NCBI RefSeq assembly: GCF_018977255.1
Contig: NW_024704742.1
Location: 48,362,001 to 48,426,000 of the forward strand
Length of the DNA stretch: 64,000 bases
Source: Callorhinchus milii
Taxonomy: Eukaryota
Direction: 5' to 3'
A program made the translations under genes and the position numbers. Under the pieces are notes generated by a model. It was not told the DNA's origin. It saw only the letters and a list, made by a program, of their open reading frames with translations, and made no database searches. Positions 50,250 through 63,633 of the stretch are shown here, piece after piece (position 1 is the stretch's first letter; the number at the start of each line of letters is the position of its first letter).

Positions 50250-50790
50250 ACACGCACTCATAACATCCAGGCTCAATTACTCAAACTCCCTGCTTGTTGG
50301 CCTTCCCAACTCCTCCCTCCATACGTTGCAGATCATCTCTGCAGCCTGTATGCTGTCCTGCACCAGGCTTTGCGACCCTATCACCCCCATCCTCGCCCGA
50401 CTCCACTGGCTTCCCATCACACAGAGGATACAGTTCAAGATCGTGGTCTTCAAGTTCAAAGCCCTCCATGGCCTTGCTCCTCCTACCTCTGCGACCTTCC
50501 AACACCCTACTAAATTGCCTGCTCCCTTCGCTCAGCAGGCTCTGGTCTGCTTCACGCTCCACCTGGCCCAACCCACCATTGGCAGGCGGGTCTTCAGCCA
50601 CTCTGTCTCCACCCTCTGGAACTCCATTTCACAGTCCCTCTGCCTCGCCCACTCCCTTGCCTCCTTCAAAACCTATCTAAAGACCCTCCTCTTCGACCAT
50701 GCCTTTGGTCACCCTCCCCAATCCCTACCCTTAGCTCAGGTCCAAAACCCTAATTGTCTAGGGCCTCGGGACATCCTCCCGACGTGAAAA
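50250..50790 (+). mobile_element. L2 3' fragment
   Basis: HALITSRLNYSNSLL, ITPILARLHWLPI, TLWNS, SFKTYLKT. Confidence 0.9.
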
Positions 50791-51910
50791 GCACAAATTG
50801 TATCAGTTGTGTCTTTTGGAAAGAAAACCTCACCATATGTTGCTGCTTTCTATTTGACAACATCTCATTAGTATTGATAGCTACTGATCCTGTTATTCAA
50901 ATCATTTTTGAATCTTTGCCTTCAAACTGATCTTAGTTCTTAAACCCAAGATTTTAAACTGGTACAGAAACATTCCAGTCTCCCTAGCAGTGACATTTTT
51001 CAAAATGTTGTCAAATCTAATGCTTTGAGGATGAAGCTGTTATATTGCAGTACTGAAAGTCAAAGGCAAATTAAATGTACACAGTCGCTGCACATACCAG
51101 TGAATCCTATTAAGCTCTTTGGGATTTTGTCCCAATGTCATAAAACCCAATATCAATTGCAAGGATTATTATTTGTTCATTGTTTTCCTCTGCTCACTAT
51201 AAATCAATTTCTCCCTTTTCTTTGTGTGCAGTTGTTTTATTTAAGCATCTAATTGCAAAAATCAGTCTTTTGATGATTCAGTGATTACATAAATGTACCC
51301 GCTGCTAAAAAGAAAATGGCAGGTCTGCCTGGTGTAGGTATGGGCTGGCCTTCAGCTTATAAAATAATAATAATCCTAGCATTTCATATAGAGCCTTATC
51401 ACGTTGTTAAGATGTCTCAAAACACTTTTATATATATATATATTTTATACATATATGTATATATATATGCAAAATATACTTTGCAGTATATTCTGTGAAG
51501 GGCTTTGAGACATCTGGAAGATGTAATAAATGCTATATAAAATGCAACGGTTATTATAGCACTTCTCAAGATTGACTGTATTTCGTCGGTGAAATGTGGC
51601 AACCAATTTGCGCACAGCAATGTGCCACCAACAGCCATGGAGTGACTGACCAATTTGATTTTGGGGTATTGTTGGCCAATACAAAGGGACAGTAACTCCG
51701 AAATGCAACACGCACGGCATTGGTTTAATAAAATCATTAATATTTAATGCATAAATGAGTATAATAAATAAACTGTAATTATAATTAACACAATTTAATA
51801 AATATTTCATTTGCTTTAATGAGATCTTATTGCCAAGTTTATTTTAAAATAAATTAAGTTGGACACTTAAAAGAAGGAAATATTGACCCTTTTTTTTCTT
51901 TTTCTCCCAG

Positions 51911-52012
51911 ATACTGGTTTGCTACAGGATCTTTCTCAGGGAACAGTGTCAGAAGAGAAGCTCAATGTGCTGGTAAAGAGACAAGCTGAGGAATTAATGC
52001 ATGCTATCAAAT
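51911..52012 (+). CDS. NSUN7: NSUN7 coding exon 8 (102 nt)
   Basis: Strong polypyrimidine tract plus cag, donor gtaagt; encodes DTGLLQDLSQGTVSEEKLNVLVKRQAEELMHAIK. Confidence 0.95.
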
Positions 52013-54727
52013 GTAAGTCAGTAGTTCTAAACTTTATTTTGAATTTAAAAATTCTGACAGTACCGAGGTGGTGACTGATGTGAAGCTGAATTGGTGCACA
52101 ATATTAAGGTAGTATATAATTTGTCAAAATTCTGATTATATATGGATGAGTTATATTTTCATTTCTGATGTGAAAACAGCAACTGTATTTCATTGAGGCA
52201 GAAACTGCTTTATTTATTAATACACTAGTAGATTTGTTGCTTTCGTTAAAAGTAAAGATGATTCAAAGTGTAAGGACTTCAAATTTTATTCCATTTGTGA
52301 ATCTTGATCTTGCTCAGTCTTAGCAATTTTCACAATAGGTTCGAATGTATAACACAGAGAGCATATTTTTATAGTTTTTTTTTGTTGCATTAATTTTCAG
52401 ATTCTCCTTTTCCGAAGGGCCAGAAATTATTTTGAAATAATTTTACAGTATGTAACATGAGCTTTATTAAAATTAAAAGATTAGCCATTCAGTATTGAAA
52501 AGATAATCTAGTGTTTGACACACAGATTATACATGGAAATGAGTAGCTTTTGCAAGCTGATGATGTATGTTATTATTCAAGTGGAAATGTCTGCAAAGTC
52601 TCATTACGAATCAAGGATCCTAATTTCAAAGATAATCAATCATGTTGTTGGAATCGCACTTTTTTAAAAAAAAGCAAAGGATGGTTATTCTGCTGGGAGC
52701 AAAGCTGCTTTACCTTGGTAATACAATAATACAGGGTAGAAACTAGGATTTATACTGCCTGCTCCACTTCATGTTGAGAAAAAGCCACTCTCCCAATTTT
52801 ATTGCCCCACCTTTGGTTCATATGCAGAATGCCAAAATTGTGTGCTGAATTTTTAATGCTTTTAAAGAGCTGATTGCACAATATCATTGAATACCTTAAT
52901 CAAAGTTCCCATGCCGAAAGCTATGAATGAATCTCAGAGGAGTGATTCCAATGTGACTCACATCTGGCACATTTATAAATGTGTATGTTGTCCTGAAACC
53001 CACCTCCAGAAAATTGCAGGAGTATTGTTTTAGCATGATTTGCACTGTTTATATAACACTTTGGGCTATGAATTATTGCCAAGATAGTGATTTGCCACTA
53101 AAAGACAATATAAATACAGAACAAGAGTTGCAGTTTATCATAGGAGCAAAGGCTTGTTTACTAAAGGTCAATTGGTGAGTCCAGGAGGATAAATTCAGAG
53201 TAAAAATCTGTGAACTGAAGCACTTTTCATTGCTTGTTAAAAGGGACTGTTAGATGAAAGGCTACAGTCGTCTTTAAACAACCAGTGTTTAACCGGGTAA
53301 TTTATCTGACTGAGTAGTTTCAATTTGATATTGTAGTAATTTATGATCTTCATTATTTTTATGTAAATAATTTTGGTTGAAGTTAAATTTTGCTTTGTCC
53401 ACCTTTTAAAACTTTTGGTTGCGCAGAATATCCAGTAAGCAGGACAGTTGGTATACAATAATTAACTCCATTCCCACGTACTTTACAAGGCTGAACATAA
53501 GCACAGGTTCCAGGTTTGTTGGGGATACAGATTCCACTTGTGAGAAATTTGTGAGGGTGTTACAAGAAGTGACAGTACAGAAACATGAATCTTCGAGAGT
53601 CATGTTTTGCAGTTCTTCAATTAACCCAGTTCAAATTATTCAGCTAAAACCTATACCTATATATGGTTTTATTGATTTAAGCAAGAGCAGGCGGAAAAAT
53701 CTATCTTGCATTTGATGATAGCATAACTTTGAAATGTACCCTCAGTTGTTTTAAATGGTAAGAAAATATTATCAGAAACCTCACCTGGAACGCAATGTAT
53801 AACTTTAAAACAAATCCGTCCATATAAAAATGACTAAAGAAATTAACACAATATATTTTCCATATATGCAATGGTTCATAGTAGAGTATGCCTGAAATCA
53901 AAATAAGTGGATTTGAAAATGGCTGCTTTACAGCAAAAATGTCAAACATTTTGGATAGCAGTATATCAGGATAATTTATCCCGAAACTGTTAAAAGCAAA
54001 AATCTGTTGATGTAAAAAAAGTTGGTTTTAAATTATGCAATAAAAATGCTTTGTTGCAGGCTTTTTTGAAAGGACTATAAATACTGCAACAAATCTATTC
54101 AAATTATGTTTGTTCACATGGCTAAAGATATTTATCAGAAATAAACACCCAACATTAGTTTCTTAGATTCTTTATTTAATGTCTTTAAATCACTGTGACA
54201 TTTTTATTGCAGAGCTTTAAATGTGTCTTGTTCTGTAGCTGGAGTTACTGATAAAGCCAACTCACACCCCCATATACATGATAAACGGCACGTTTTGGAT
54301 CATTAATCAAGTTGCTTGATGTTAAATTCTTTGGATCTTGTGTGTTAGAATCTGATGTGTTTTATCTTGTGTCAGTTCTTGATGGATGACTGTTGCTATT
54401 TGTAGTTTGGGAAAAAAGCCCTGAGAAATTAGTTTTCTATTTCTAAGGGGAACAAATTCATGTCGCAGTTTTCAAATGACAAACTAGTTATAGCAGCAGT
54501 GATAGAGAAAACTGCAAGAAAAGCAGAGAAATCATTTTGAAGATGAACAGCACTGTATTGTTTCATTGGTTGCATATTGATCACAACTTGACACTTACAC
54601 GTGAGCAAAATATCTCAATCTTGATGGCTAGTTCAAAATGTTTGCATATAAACGGAAGATACAGATTGCACTATCACAAGTTTTTTTAAAACTCTTGAGT
54701 ATTTCCACCCGCCTATCCACAGATCAC

Positions 54728-55105
54728 ATAATAATAATAATCCTTGCATTTGATATAGCGCCTTATCATGTCTTCGAGACGTCTCAAAGCGCTTCACAGA
54801 ATATAGTGTAAAGTGAATTGACTATGTTTTGTGGGCGAAACGCGGCAGCCAATTGCACACAGCAGTGTCCCACAAACAATGGTGGATTGAGTGACCAAAT
54901 TATTTTTTAAAAGGGATTATTACCCCCGGAAAAGTGATCCACCAATTGACTAATAACCGGGTTCCTACTCACTGCTAAGTAAGCAGAGGCGTATGGAGTA
55001 AGGAAACTTGTGATTGTTTCCAATGTTTTGCCCCTCCTGGGAATTGAACTCAGGTCCTCTCGCTTGCGAGGCAAATGCTCTAACCACTGAGGTACAGGAC
55101 TCCAC
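54728..55105 (-). mobile_element. SINE family A, full length
   Basis: Complete head, central region, stem-loop and (ATT)n tail on the minus strand; many CpGs retained. Confidence 0.92.
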
Positions 55106-55523
55106 AAACTACTCCAGCATATATGCTTCTCCATCCGTTTATTGACTGAAATTTTAAAAATTGCATATAAACTCCCTGAGTCCTAATGTTAATGAAGATT
55201 CCTAAAGCGAAGTGGATTGAGCTTCAAATTTTGGATTAGAGATTCCGGGATTTGAATCCCAATGGTTTCACTCAACCCTTCACCCTTTTAAGGTCATTAG
55301 CACCAGTAAGGAGTTGCACACTTTTGCACTTTTGATAGTTATTTCAGGTTCATGAATGAAATTTGGGGATATTGACATGACCTTAACTTTGCAATCAAAA
55401 CCCCCAAGGAATAGAGTAATTGTAGCTGGACAATTGCAGTATTTTGTTGCCGATGAGCTGTGTAATTACCATTGACTATCTATTCTAGTATTTAGTTAGC
55501 ATAGACAGGCTCTCCGTCACTCC

Positions 55524-55600
55524 CTCTCTCTCTCTCTCTCTCTCTCTCACCCACACACACACAATCTCTGAGCCTCTTTCTCTCTCTCTCTCTTTCTCAC
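55524..55600 (+). repeat. (CT)n/(CA)n microsatellites
   Basis: Direct reading. Confidence 0.9.
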
Positions 55601-56789
55601 TCATACTGTCTCACTCTCATTTTGTTCACAAAACACAGAGTCACTACACTTTACTGTGTATCCTGTGAAGTGCTTTGAGACGTCTCAAAAACATGATAAG
55701 GGGTTATGTCAAATGCAAGGATGATTATTATAATAGTAATTATTACTATTCACAATTCACACACACTCTCTCTGATACAATGCACAGACAATCTCTCTCA
55801 CACACTCTTATCACTCATAATTCCTTAAAAATTTGGTCGCTCAGTCGACGGCTTTGTGGACACTGCTGTGTGCAATTGGCTGCCGCGTTTCACCCATGAA
55901 ATACAGTCACTACACTTTATTATATTCTGTGAAGCGCTTTGATACGTCTCAAAGACGTAATAAGGCGCTATACCAAATACAAGGATTATTAGCTTTATCA
56001 AGAATACTTTATCTTCATTGGAAAACCATAGAATTATCAATAATCACATCGAAATCTTTTTACAAGTTTGTTAATGGACACCATTTTATGTACATAGGTT
56101 CACTGTTTATTGCTCCAATATGAATTACCTTGCACTAAAATGATCAGATTATTTTGAATGTTATTTATCTGTGTTGTATACGTCTTTTGATAATTTAGCT
56201 TGGTATTATTAGACACTAGTTCAGTGACTTTGAGAAAGAGGCCAGGGAAGTTGAAAGAGATCTGAGCCTGAAAACAGATGATGTTTGTGGGAGCCAAGGA
56301 GGATGGCTTCTGTCTTATCCATGTTGAGTTGTAAGAAATTGTGGTTCATCCAGGCCTTGCTGACTTATAGCAAGAGGACAGAACATCAAAAGGCCCTGGA
56401 ATTGAGACTGAAAGTGGAAAATGGATTTGGGTGTCTTCGCATGCATGTAAAGTGATTGCATCTCAGAAGACAGTACATAAGTAGAATCAAGTATTAGAAG
56501 TGGAAAAGTAGACTTGGTTGTCATTCATATGCATATTGGAGTACTTGGAACATCCTTGTAGGAACAGGATTACGCCATTGAAACTGACATTCCACCATTT
56601 TATCAGTTCATGGCAGATCATGGCTCAAGTGCCATTGTATAACAAATTGGCACTTTCTGTACTGCTCTAGAGTCTTTCCCAGTCTTCTACTGGTTTGTGG
56701 TGCAATTTCCAATGCTAATAGCTTTATATAGATATAATCCCATATCAGTAAGTTTTAGTTTGTCAAGGGCAAGAATGTGACGTTTATAG

Positions 56790-57180
56790 ATTCAGAACTC
56801 TGCAGCTCATGGCTTCTCCTGCACCAGGCTCTGGGAACCCATCACTCCTGTTCTTGCCCGGTTTCAGTTGCTCCCCATTCCTCAGAGAATCAAGTACAAA
56901 ACCCTTGTTCTTACATTCAAAGCCCTCCACTGTCTTGCTTCCCCCTACCTCTCCTACCTCATAACACCATATCAGCCTGTCCGCTCCCTCCAGTAGGCAG
57001 ACATCGGCCTGCTTCAGGTCCCCCCATTTTCCGCCCCACCATTGGCAGTCGGGCATTCAGCATCTCTGCCCCCACGCTCTGGAACTCTAAGCCGGAATCC
57101 CTCTGCCTCACACCCTCTCTTGCCTCCTTCAAGTCCCATCTGAAGACCTTCCTCTTTGACCGTGCCTTCAGCTACCTTCC
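56790..57180 (+). mobile_element. L2 fragment
   Basis: IQNSAA..., RPTIGSRAFSISAPTLWNS...SFKSHLKTFLF. Confidence 0.85.
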
Positions 57181-57861
57181 ATTTATATGTCCCAGTAATG
57201 GTCACTTGGGAGAAATGGAGTTACAAAGACAATTGTCACTGAAGTGATTGATGCAGCCAGATACTTGACAGTGAAGTTATTGAATAGTTGTCTACCAATA
57301 TTGATGGATAGTCTTTACATGAACAAACTTATTCATTTTATTGGTGATAAAAATGAGTCTAGGTCAACTTGAAAAGAGGCCCAGTGATGTGATTGATGCT
57401 AAACTGACACCTCTTCCATCTTTGTAAGCTTGGGATTGTGCTGATTCTTATTTTATTAAAAGGGTAAAAACAGCATTTTATTGTGATTGATGAATGTTGG
57501 TTTCTGTTGGGTGGGTGTAATGATTAGATAAATCTAGGCTTTGAATTTGGAGAGTCCAATATTCAGATTTGTTCAGATTATACCAGACCATCAAACCTTG
57601 AACAATCACCTCTTGATCATCTGACGTAACACTGATTTCACACACCTCTAAATCTGTAAATCTTTTACTACATGACCATGGATCAAAGGCACGCATATAC
57701 TGGGAGTCAAACAAAGTTTAAGCAAATAAACTTAAAACATGCCACAAATCTATTTCTAGGCCTATGCATCGTGAAAGTATGAGAGTTCCATTTAGGAGTA
57801 TTACAACTTCAGACACTGCGTTAAATGTTGTGTCAAATAAATTAATTATTAGCTTCTGATA

Positions 57862-57995
57862 CATTGGGGAGGAGAAGTTTGCAGGGCTATGAGGAGAGAG
57901 CGGAGGAGTGGGATTGATTTGGATAGCTCTTTTCAAAGAGCCGGCACACATGATGAGCCGAATGGCCTCCTTCTGTGCTGCATAATTCTATGATT
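57862..57995 (+). mobile_element. CR1 3' UTR fragment
   Basis: ttgcagggctatg...agagccggcac...gccgaatggcctccttctgtgctg...attctatga, similar to 36240-36356. Confidence 0.8.
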
Positions 57996-59369
57996 GTTGG
58001 ATATAATAGATATGTTATATTTGTGCTATAGTATGTGTCTATTGTACATGTTTATTTCTGTAACATATGTAACTTTAATTAATTTCAAAAAGATCCATAA
58101 AGAATAATCAGGATATGAATCATGGGTGGTATATTTTAGTTATCTCCATAGTTTTACTACAGTAGGAGCAAACCAGGTCATGCTGGGAATAACAACCACC
58201 ACAAAATTTGATTGTTAAATACCACAAAAGAGTGCATTCAAAAGCTGAACATTTTTTCAGAGAAAGAATTATCAACTTTCACCCAAAATGGTGTATTTTT
58301 GATGGAACTTAGTAAAAATCCTTTACTGTATCTAAGACTTACTAATGCAGGCCACTCACCTTTTGTCCAGAGGACAGGCACTATTGCTAATCACAGCAAA
58401 ATAGGGCAATCTATTGATTTTGCTAATAACAAGGTTCCACTATATTGACCAATTCGATAAAAGGAAGTTTATGAACTCAGCTCGCAGGCAGTTCACTGGC
58501 CCATCTTTACAATTTTAATGTCAATAAGGAGCTGCCATTCTCTTTACAAAGCAGTCAGAATCTGGTCATGAGTTTCACACCAAAAGTTTATAATTCAATT
58601 GTCAATTTGGTGCCCTGAGTACAACTGCAGCAAATGTGGGTAAAATGTTTTTGTTCCAATGTCTTGATGTACTAGATCAGCAAAATGTATATATATTAGC
58701 CAATTCTGCTTCTCCTGTCTAAGGCTGACTACAAACAATGTCTGAAGACGCTGAATAATTAAAAGAGTTTAAGTTTGTGGTCTTAACAAATCCAATTACA
58801 AGACACATCAAACATATTCACAAAGTGCTTAGTTGCGCTTGATTAGTTGGAGACTGGTTCTGGTCTCCTGAGTGCTGTTGTGTTAGGAATGACATTTTAT
58901 TCAAGCAAACCTATTTTTCAGCAGCATTCTATATGTAGTGACAACATATTTGAAGTTACACTGAATGTTGACTGCTCAAGCTCCTTCCCATTACCTAAAC
59001 ATCATAAGTGATTATGTCATTTGCCTACAAAACAGTTCTTGTGTACATTTAAATTTATGAATTCAGCTTTAACAAATATTTATTGCTGAAGCCATATTTT
59101 CAGTTGATATCTGCAGTCGGTAATACATTCACAACTGTTTCTGTATTGACATGAAAATGTTGCTGATCTCCTTTTGGATGGTACATTAACATGTGATGAG
59201 AAATAACTTGGGTACAACTTGAGGGAATGTAAGTTTGATATTTATGGAGGTAAACATAACATTAAGATTACTGGCTTAAGCTGAATGTTTTTAGCTGATA
59301 CATTTTTCATTAATTTCATTAAAATTGTATGTTTCTTTTTATCCACTAAACTTCCACATCTCTCCATAG

Positions 59370-59487
59370 TTCCCAAGGTCCAGGCCATTGTGTATTCTAC
59401 ATGTTCAGTGTACCCTGAGGAAAACGAGCAAATAGTGAATCCAGTATTGGGCAAGAGAATAGAGGGAAGCAAACTGCAGCCGTACAG
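59370..59487 (+). CDS. NSUN7: NSUN7 coding exon 9 (118 nt; motif VI)
   Basis: Acceptor ctccatag, donor gtatat; encodes FPKVQAIVYSTCSVYPEENEQIV...KLQPY, the NSUN-family YSTCS...EENE motif. Confidence 0.97.
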
Positions 59488-60043
59488 GTATATTATATTT
59501 CGCCCAGAAAATATACAGTCAGTTCACTTTACAGTGCAATCTGTGAAGCACTTTGAGACATAAGGCGCTATATCAAATGCAAGGATTGCTTTATTATTAT
59601 ATACACCATATTTATATATAAAACTATCTCACAAAACAAAAAAGTAAGGAACAAAAAGCTAAAAACTTGCTCATTTTCTTAATAACAACAATAACTTACA
59701 TTTATATAGTGCCCTTTGTGTCCCAGAGCGCTTGATAGTGGCAGAGCACAATGCCAAGCATCGAGTCTTATTAAATAATACTTTTTTTTAAGATTCAAAG
59801 TCTTGACATGGCATTTACTTTCCATAGACTAATATTCAATTACCAACTGTTTACCAATGTTTATGGAATGAGAATGTATTGCATTCTTTATTTTCTTTTG
59901 TTACGTTCTAAACATTTATTTTGTAATCTGTGGGACTAATTTAGCAACTCAGTGAATCAGCCATTCTATGATTTAATCGTACCCTTTGGATACAGTTGCT
60001 TCTGAGTCAACCTAAAGGAGTATTGTGCCACAGTAAAGCAATT

Positions 60044-60412
60044 GTGGAGTTCTGTAGCTTTGTGGTTAGAGCACTCGCCTCGCGAGCGAGAGACCTGGGT
60101 TCTATTCCCGGCAGGGCCAAATGTTGGGCAAGTTTACTTACTCCACATGCCTCTGTTTATCTAGCAGTAAGTAGGAACTCAGTTGTTAGTTGATTTGTGG
60201 ATCGCTTTTCCGGAGATAATAACGTCTCAAAAAAATCCAATAATTTGGTCACTCAATCCACGACTGTTTATGGGACACTGCTGTGCGCAATTGGCTGCCG
60301 TGAATCGCCCACACATATACAGTCAATTCACTTTACAGTAAATACTTTGAAGTGCTTTGAGACGTGTAGAAGACGTGAAAAGTGCTGTATCAAGTGCAAG
60401 TATTATTATTAT
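60044..60412 (+). mobile_element. SINE family A, full length
   Basis: tRNA-like head at 60044-60118, central region, tail. Confidence 0.92.
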
Positions 60413-61331
60413 ATGATTGACAAAACCTAGAGCTTGTGTTTGTAAACAAAGTAGTGCCCAGCAACATGACTAGTAATGTGTGTAAGATTACTAGCTAAAT
60501 CTGCAACTACAGTATTTTAAGTATGACAGCTCATTATCATGAGAAATTCCTTGGAAAAGTTTGGACAGTGAAGTTATGTGCATTATTCCTGCTTTTTTGA
60601 GGAATATTAGTGAACTTTGGGGGTTTGTGCTTATAATGAGTTGTTTGTTCTAATGGACGATCGGTTTACCCACAAGTCGATTGTAATGCATGTTCACTGC
60701 CAAAAGTTGGTCAATTCATTGATGAGGGCAGGGTAGCCCATATGGGTAACATTGCATCCAATATTAAGTGAATCACCTTTGGTGATGTTGATCACTGATG
60801 GGATATCTTAGTTATTTGTCCATTGCCTAAGGCTCTATTTGTAACTATGAACAGAATTTATCCCAACAATGTTTGTTACAATGTAATCTTACCTTCCACG
60901 TGTTTTTAGAGCAGGCTTTTGTGGGATCTTAACTTTTCCAAATATCTTCAATAGGACGATAATGCACTTTCAATTTAGTGTCCTGGAGAGTATGTCTAGT
61001 ATGACCTAGTATTTAATTGGCTCTTTCTTAATTGCCTTTTGCATCTCAGTGTGTTATTCCAAATAATGTGTACACATGAGTAGTGGATGAGGTGTTCATG
61101 CAGTTCTTTGAAGCCTACATGTATATTATACATATGAAAGGTGGAAATTGCTGTGATGTTTCATGGCAATTTCACCTCCTGTTCCATCTTGGGCTCCTTC
61201 AGTTGCTTTGACTCTAGGTTTTGCTTGCTCTTGGCTATCTCCTCGCCATCAGACAAGGACACCAGGAAAGTGGATAATCTGGATGTGGATAATATAGATT
61301 CCACTCAGCTCTTTTTTTTCTCTCTCCACAG

Positions 61332-61455
61332 ACTTAGTGCTCCTGTTATTCCACTGTGTTGTGCATCAGAAATAACCTGTGCTGTTGATAAATTCTTCAA
61401 GATTGAGCCATCAGAACAAGTCAATGGCTGTTTTATTGCCGTCTTAACTAGAGAG
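61332..61455 (+). CDS. NSUN7: NSUN7 coding exon 10 (124 nt); gene continues beyond the window
   Basis: Acceptor tctctccacag, donor gtaggt; encodes RLSAPVIPLC...DKFFKIEPSEQVNGCFIAVLTRE (motif VIII-like GxFxAxL). No stop is reached. Confidence 0.95.
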
Positions 61456-62381
61456 GTAGGTTTCACAGTAATTGATTATTCTGAATTTTGCAAGGTTACT
61501 TAAGAACGAGTTTACAATTCAGTGCAATTGTTGCTGTCAGATGCTAACAGACAGCAACACAATTGTTTAAAAAAGTTACATTTTAATAAAAAATGTGATT
61601 TATTCAAATGGTCTATAATAATACTTGCATTTGACAAAGCACCTAATATTGGATTCGCTCAAAGCGTGCAGTCTAATGTGCAGTTTATTAGCTGTAGCAG
61701 CATAATTTATGGCAAATATTAGTTTTGAAAAATGTGACTGAAAATAATTCAAATGGGCATGAATAAACAATTGTGAATTAGTGAAGCCTAACTCAAACTT
61801 AAGCAATTGTGCAACACAATGCACTGATTTTCATTCAGAACAAAAATAGAGATGTTTTCCTTTTGTTTGAGTATGGACAAAGAAGTATCTTTGGAAGTGC
61901 AGTGAGGGTATTATGCAGCCGTTTACGAAAAGAATGAATGTGATTTATTCATTGCTCTACCCATTTATTTAATTCGTACCTAACAGTTACATTTTGCATT
62001 GAGTAATATTATTCGTGATTAACGTTGATCTCCTGACATTCACAGTAAAAGGATTTTCTCTTGATGTCCTGGCCAACAATTCCCCAAACAGAAAATTGAT
62101 CATTCACTTCATAGTTGATTGTGGACATTGCTGTGTACCAATTGGCTGCTGTGCTTACCTACAAAAAAGTACACTGAATCCTGTGAATCACAGAGTAATA
62201 AAGCTCTGTTGAATATGCCCTAGGATGCAAGAATTATTATTAATCACTCAGAATATTGTTCAGGCATTTAAAAGTTTTGATAGCATTTTATGAACTTGTA
62301 CACTGAGGAGTATAAAGCCTGCTTACATTAATAATCCTAGGAAAAGATGAATTTTGCAGAAACTCCTGGATTTCGACGTTT

Positions 62382-62661
62382 ATAATAATATAATAATAAT
62401 CCTTGCATTTGATATAGTGCTTTTCGCATCTTCTAGATGTCACAGTACTGCAAAGTGAATTGACTGTATATTTGTGGGCGAAACACAGCAGCTAATTGTC
62501 TATAGCAGTGTCCCCGTGGATTGAAGCGACCAATTTTATTATTGGCTTTTTTTTGAGGGATTATTATCAGGCATGTGGAGTAAGGAAATTTGCCTAAGGT
62601 TTCACCCTGCCTGGGAACGAACCCAGGTCTCTCGCTTGCGTGGCGAGTGGTCTAACCACTG
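62382..62661 (-). mobile_element. SINE family A with internal deletions
   Basis: Tail, partial body and head on the minus strand, abutting an L2. Confidence 0.85.
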
Positions 62662-63138
62662 AATTTAAGATCCTCATCCTCACCTACAAGGCTATTCACA
62701 GCCTTGCTCCCTCCTACCTCTCCGACCTACTATCCCCCTACCTACCTGCCCGTACCCTCCGTTCCTCTGGCTCCGGTCTGCTCCACATCCCCCGCCCCAA
62801 CTGCCCTATCATCGGTGGCCGGGCCTTCAGCCTCTCAGCCCCGAGGCTCTGGAACTCCATCCCCCAGTGCCTTCGCCGCCTCCTCCCTTTCCTCCTTCAA
62901 GGCCGGTCTCAAGACCTTTCTCTTTGACCGTGCCTTCAGCTCCCCTCTCAACTCTCTACCCCCTCCTCGCTCCCTCCCTTCCCTCCCCTCACTCTGACCA
63001 TTTCCCCCCTCCTCGCTCCCTCCCTTCCCTCCCCTCACTCTGACCATTTCCCCCCTGCTCGGGTCCTGAACTGTCCAGCGCCTTGGGACGTCCTCCCAAC
63101 GTGAAAGGCGCTCTATAAATGAAATGTTGTTGTTGTTG
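62660..63138 (+). mobile_element. Young L2 3' fragment
   Basis: EFKILILTYKAIHSLAPSYLSDLL...GGRAFSLSAPRLWNS; very similar to 5376-6003; (TTG)n tail. Confidence 0.92.
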
Positions 63139-63633
63139 AGCAAAAGGACTTCTGCAGGACCAGCAGCATGCAAGCTATATCTATTTTTTAACAGTTCATA
63201 ATTTCTTTCCTGCTTGAGTATTCCTCTTCCCATCATCCAGCACCACAACAAGAGCAAGAAACAATACTTCAGTTACAGATTTAATCTCGCAAGAGGTCAA
63301 CTAATCAAATGGCTTGCTAGCTCAGCTCCCCTTCTCCAATATTGAAATATTAGAATAAAAGGAAGGAGCACTGTATTCCCTCCACGACCTGCTGCTTTTA
63401 TCTGAATGTTCTGATGCTGTTAAATTTCAGTGAGCACTGCCCTTTTGACTCCCTGCTATTATTAAACCAGGAGGGAAGCATTTTCCTCCATCCTAAAGCA
63501 CAAAACAATGCCCAATGTGGAGGAGATCTTCACACCATTGGGAGGTATGCTACAAGAGCACAGTCTGGTTTACCATGATTGTTGCACATTGTTTGCAGGT
63601 AAGGGAATATTCCTCTAAATAATGAATAATACT

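Noticed and set aside
53237..53278. TTAA-bounded mini inverted repeat as a Kolobok/piggyBac remnant
   Set aside because: The arms are short and imperfect, with no second copy seen; compatible with chance.
60044..60118. tRNA-Ala gene (also heads near 4292, 43110-43183 and 55030-55105)
   Set aside because: Each continues into the same SINE body and tail, and the copies carry scattered mutations; they are SINE heads.
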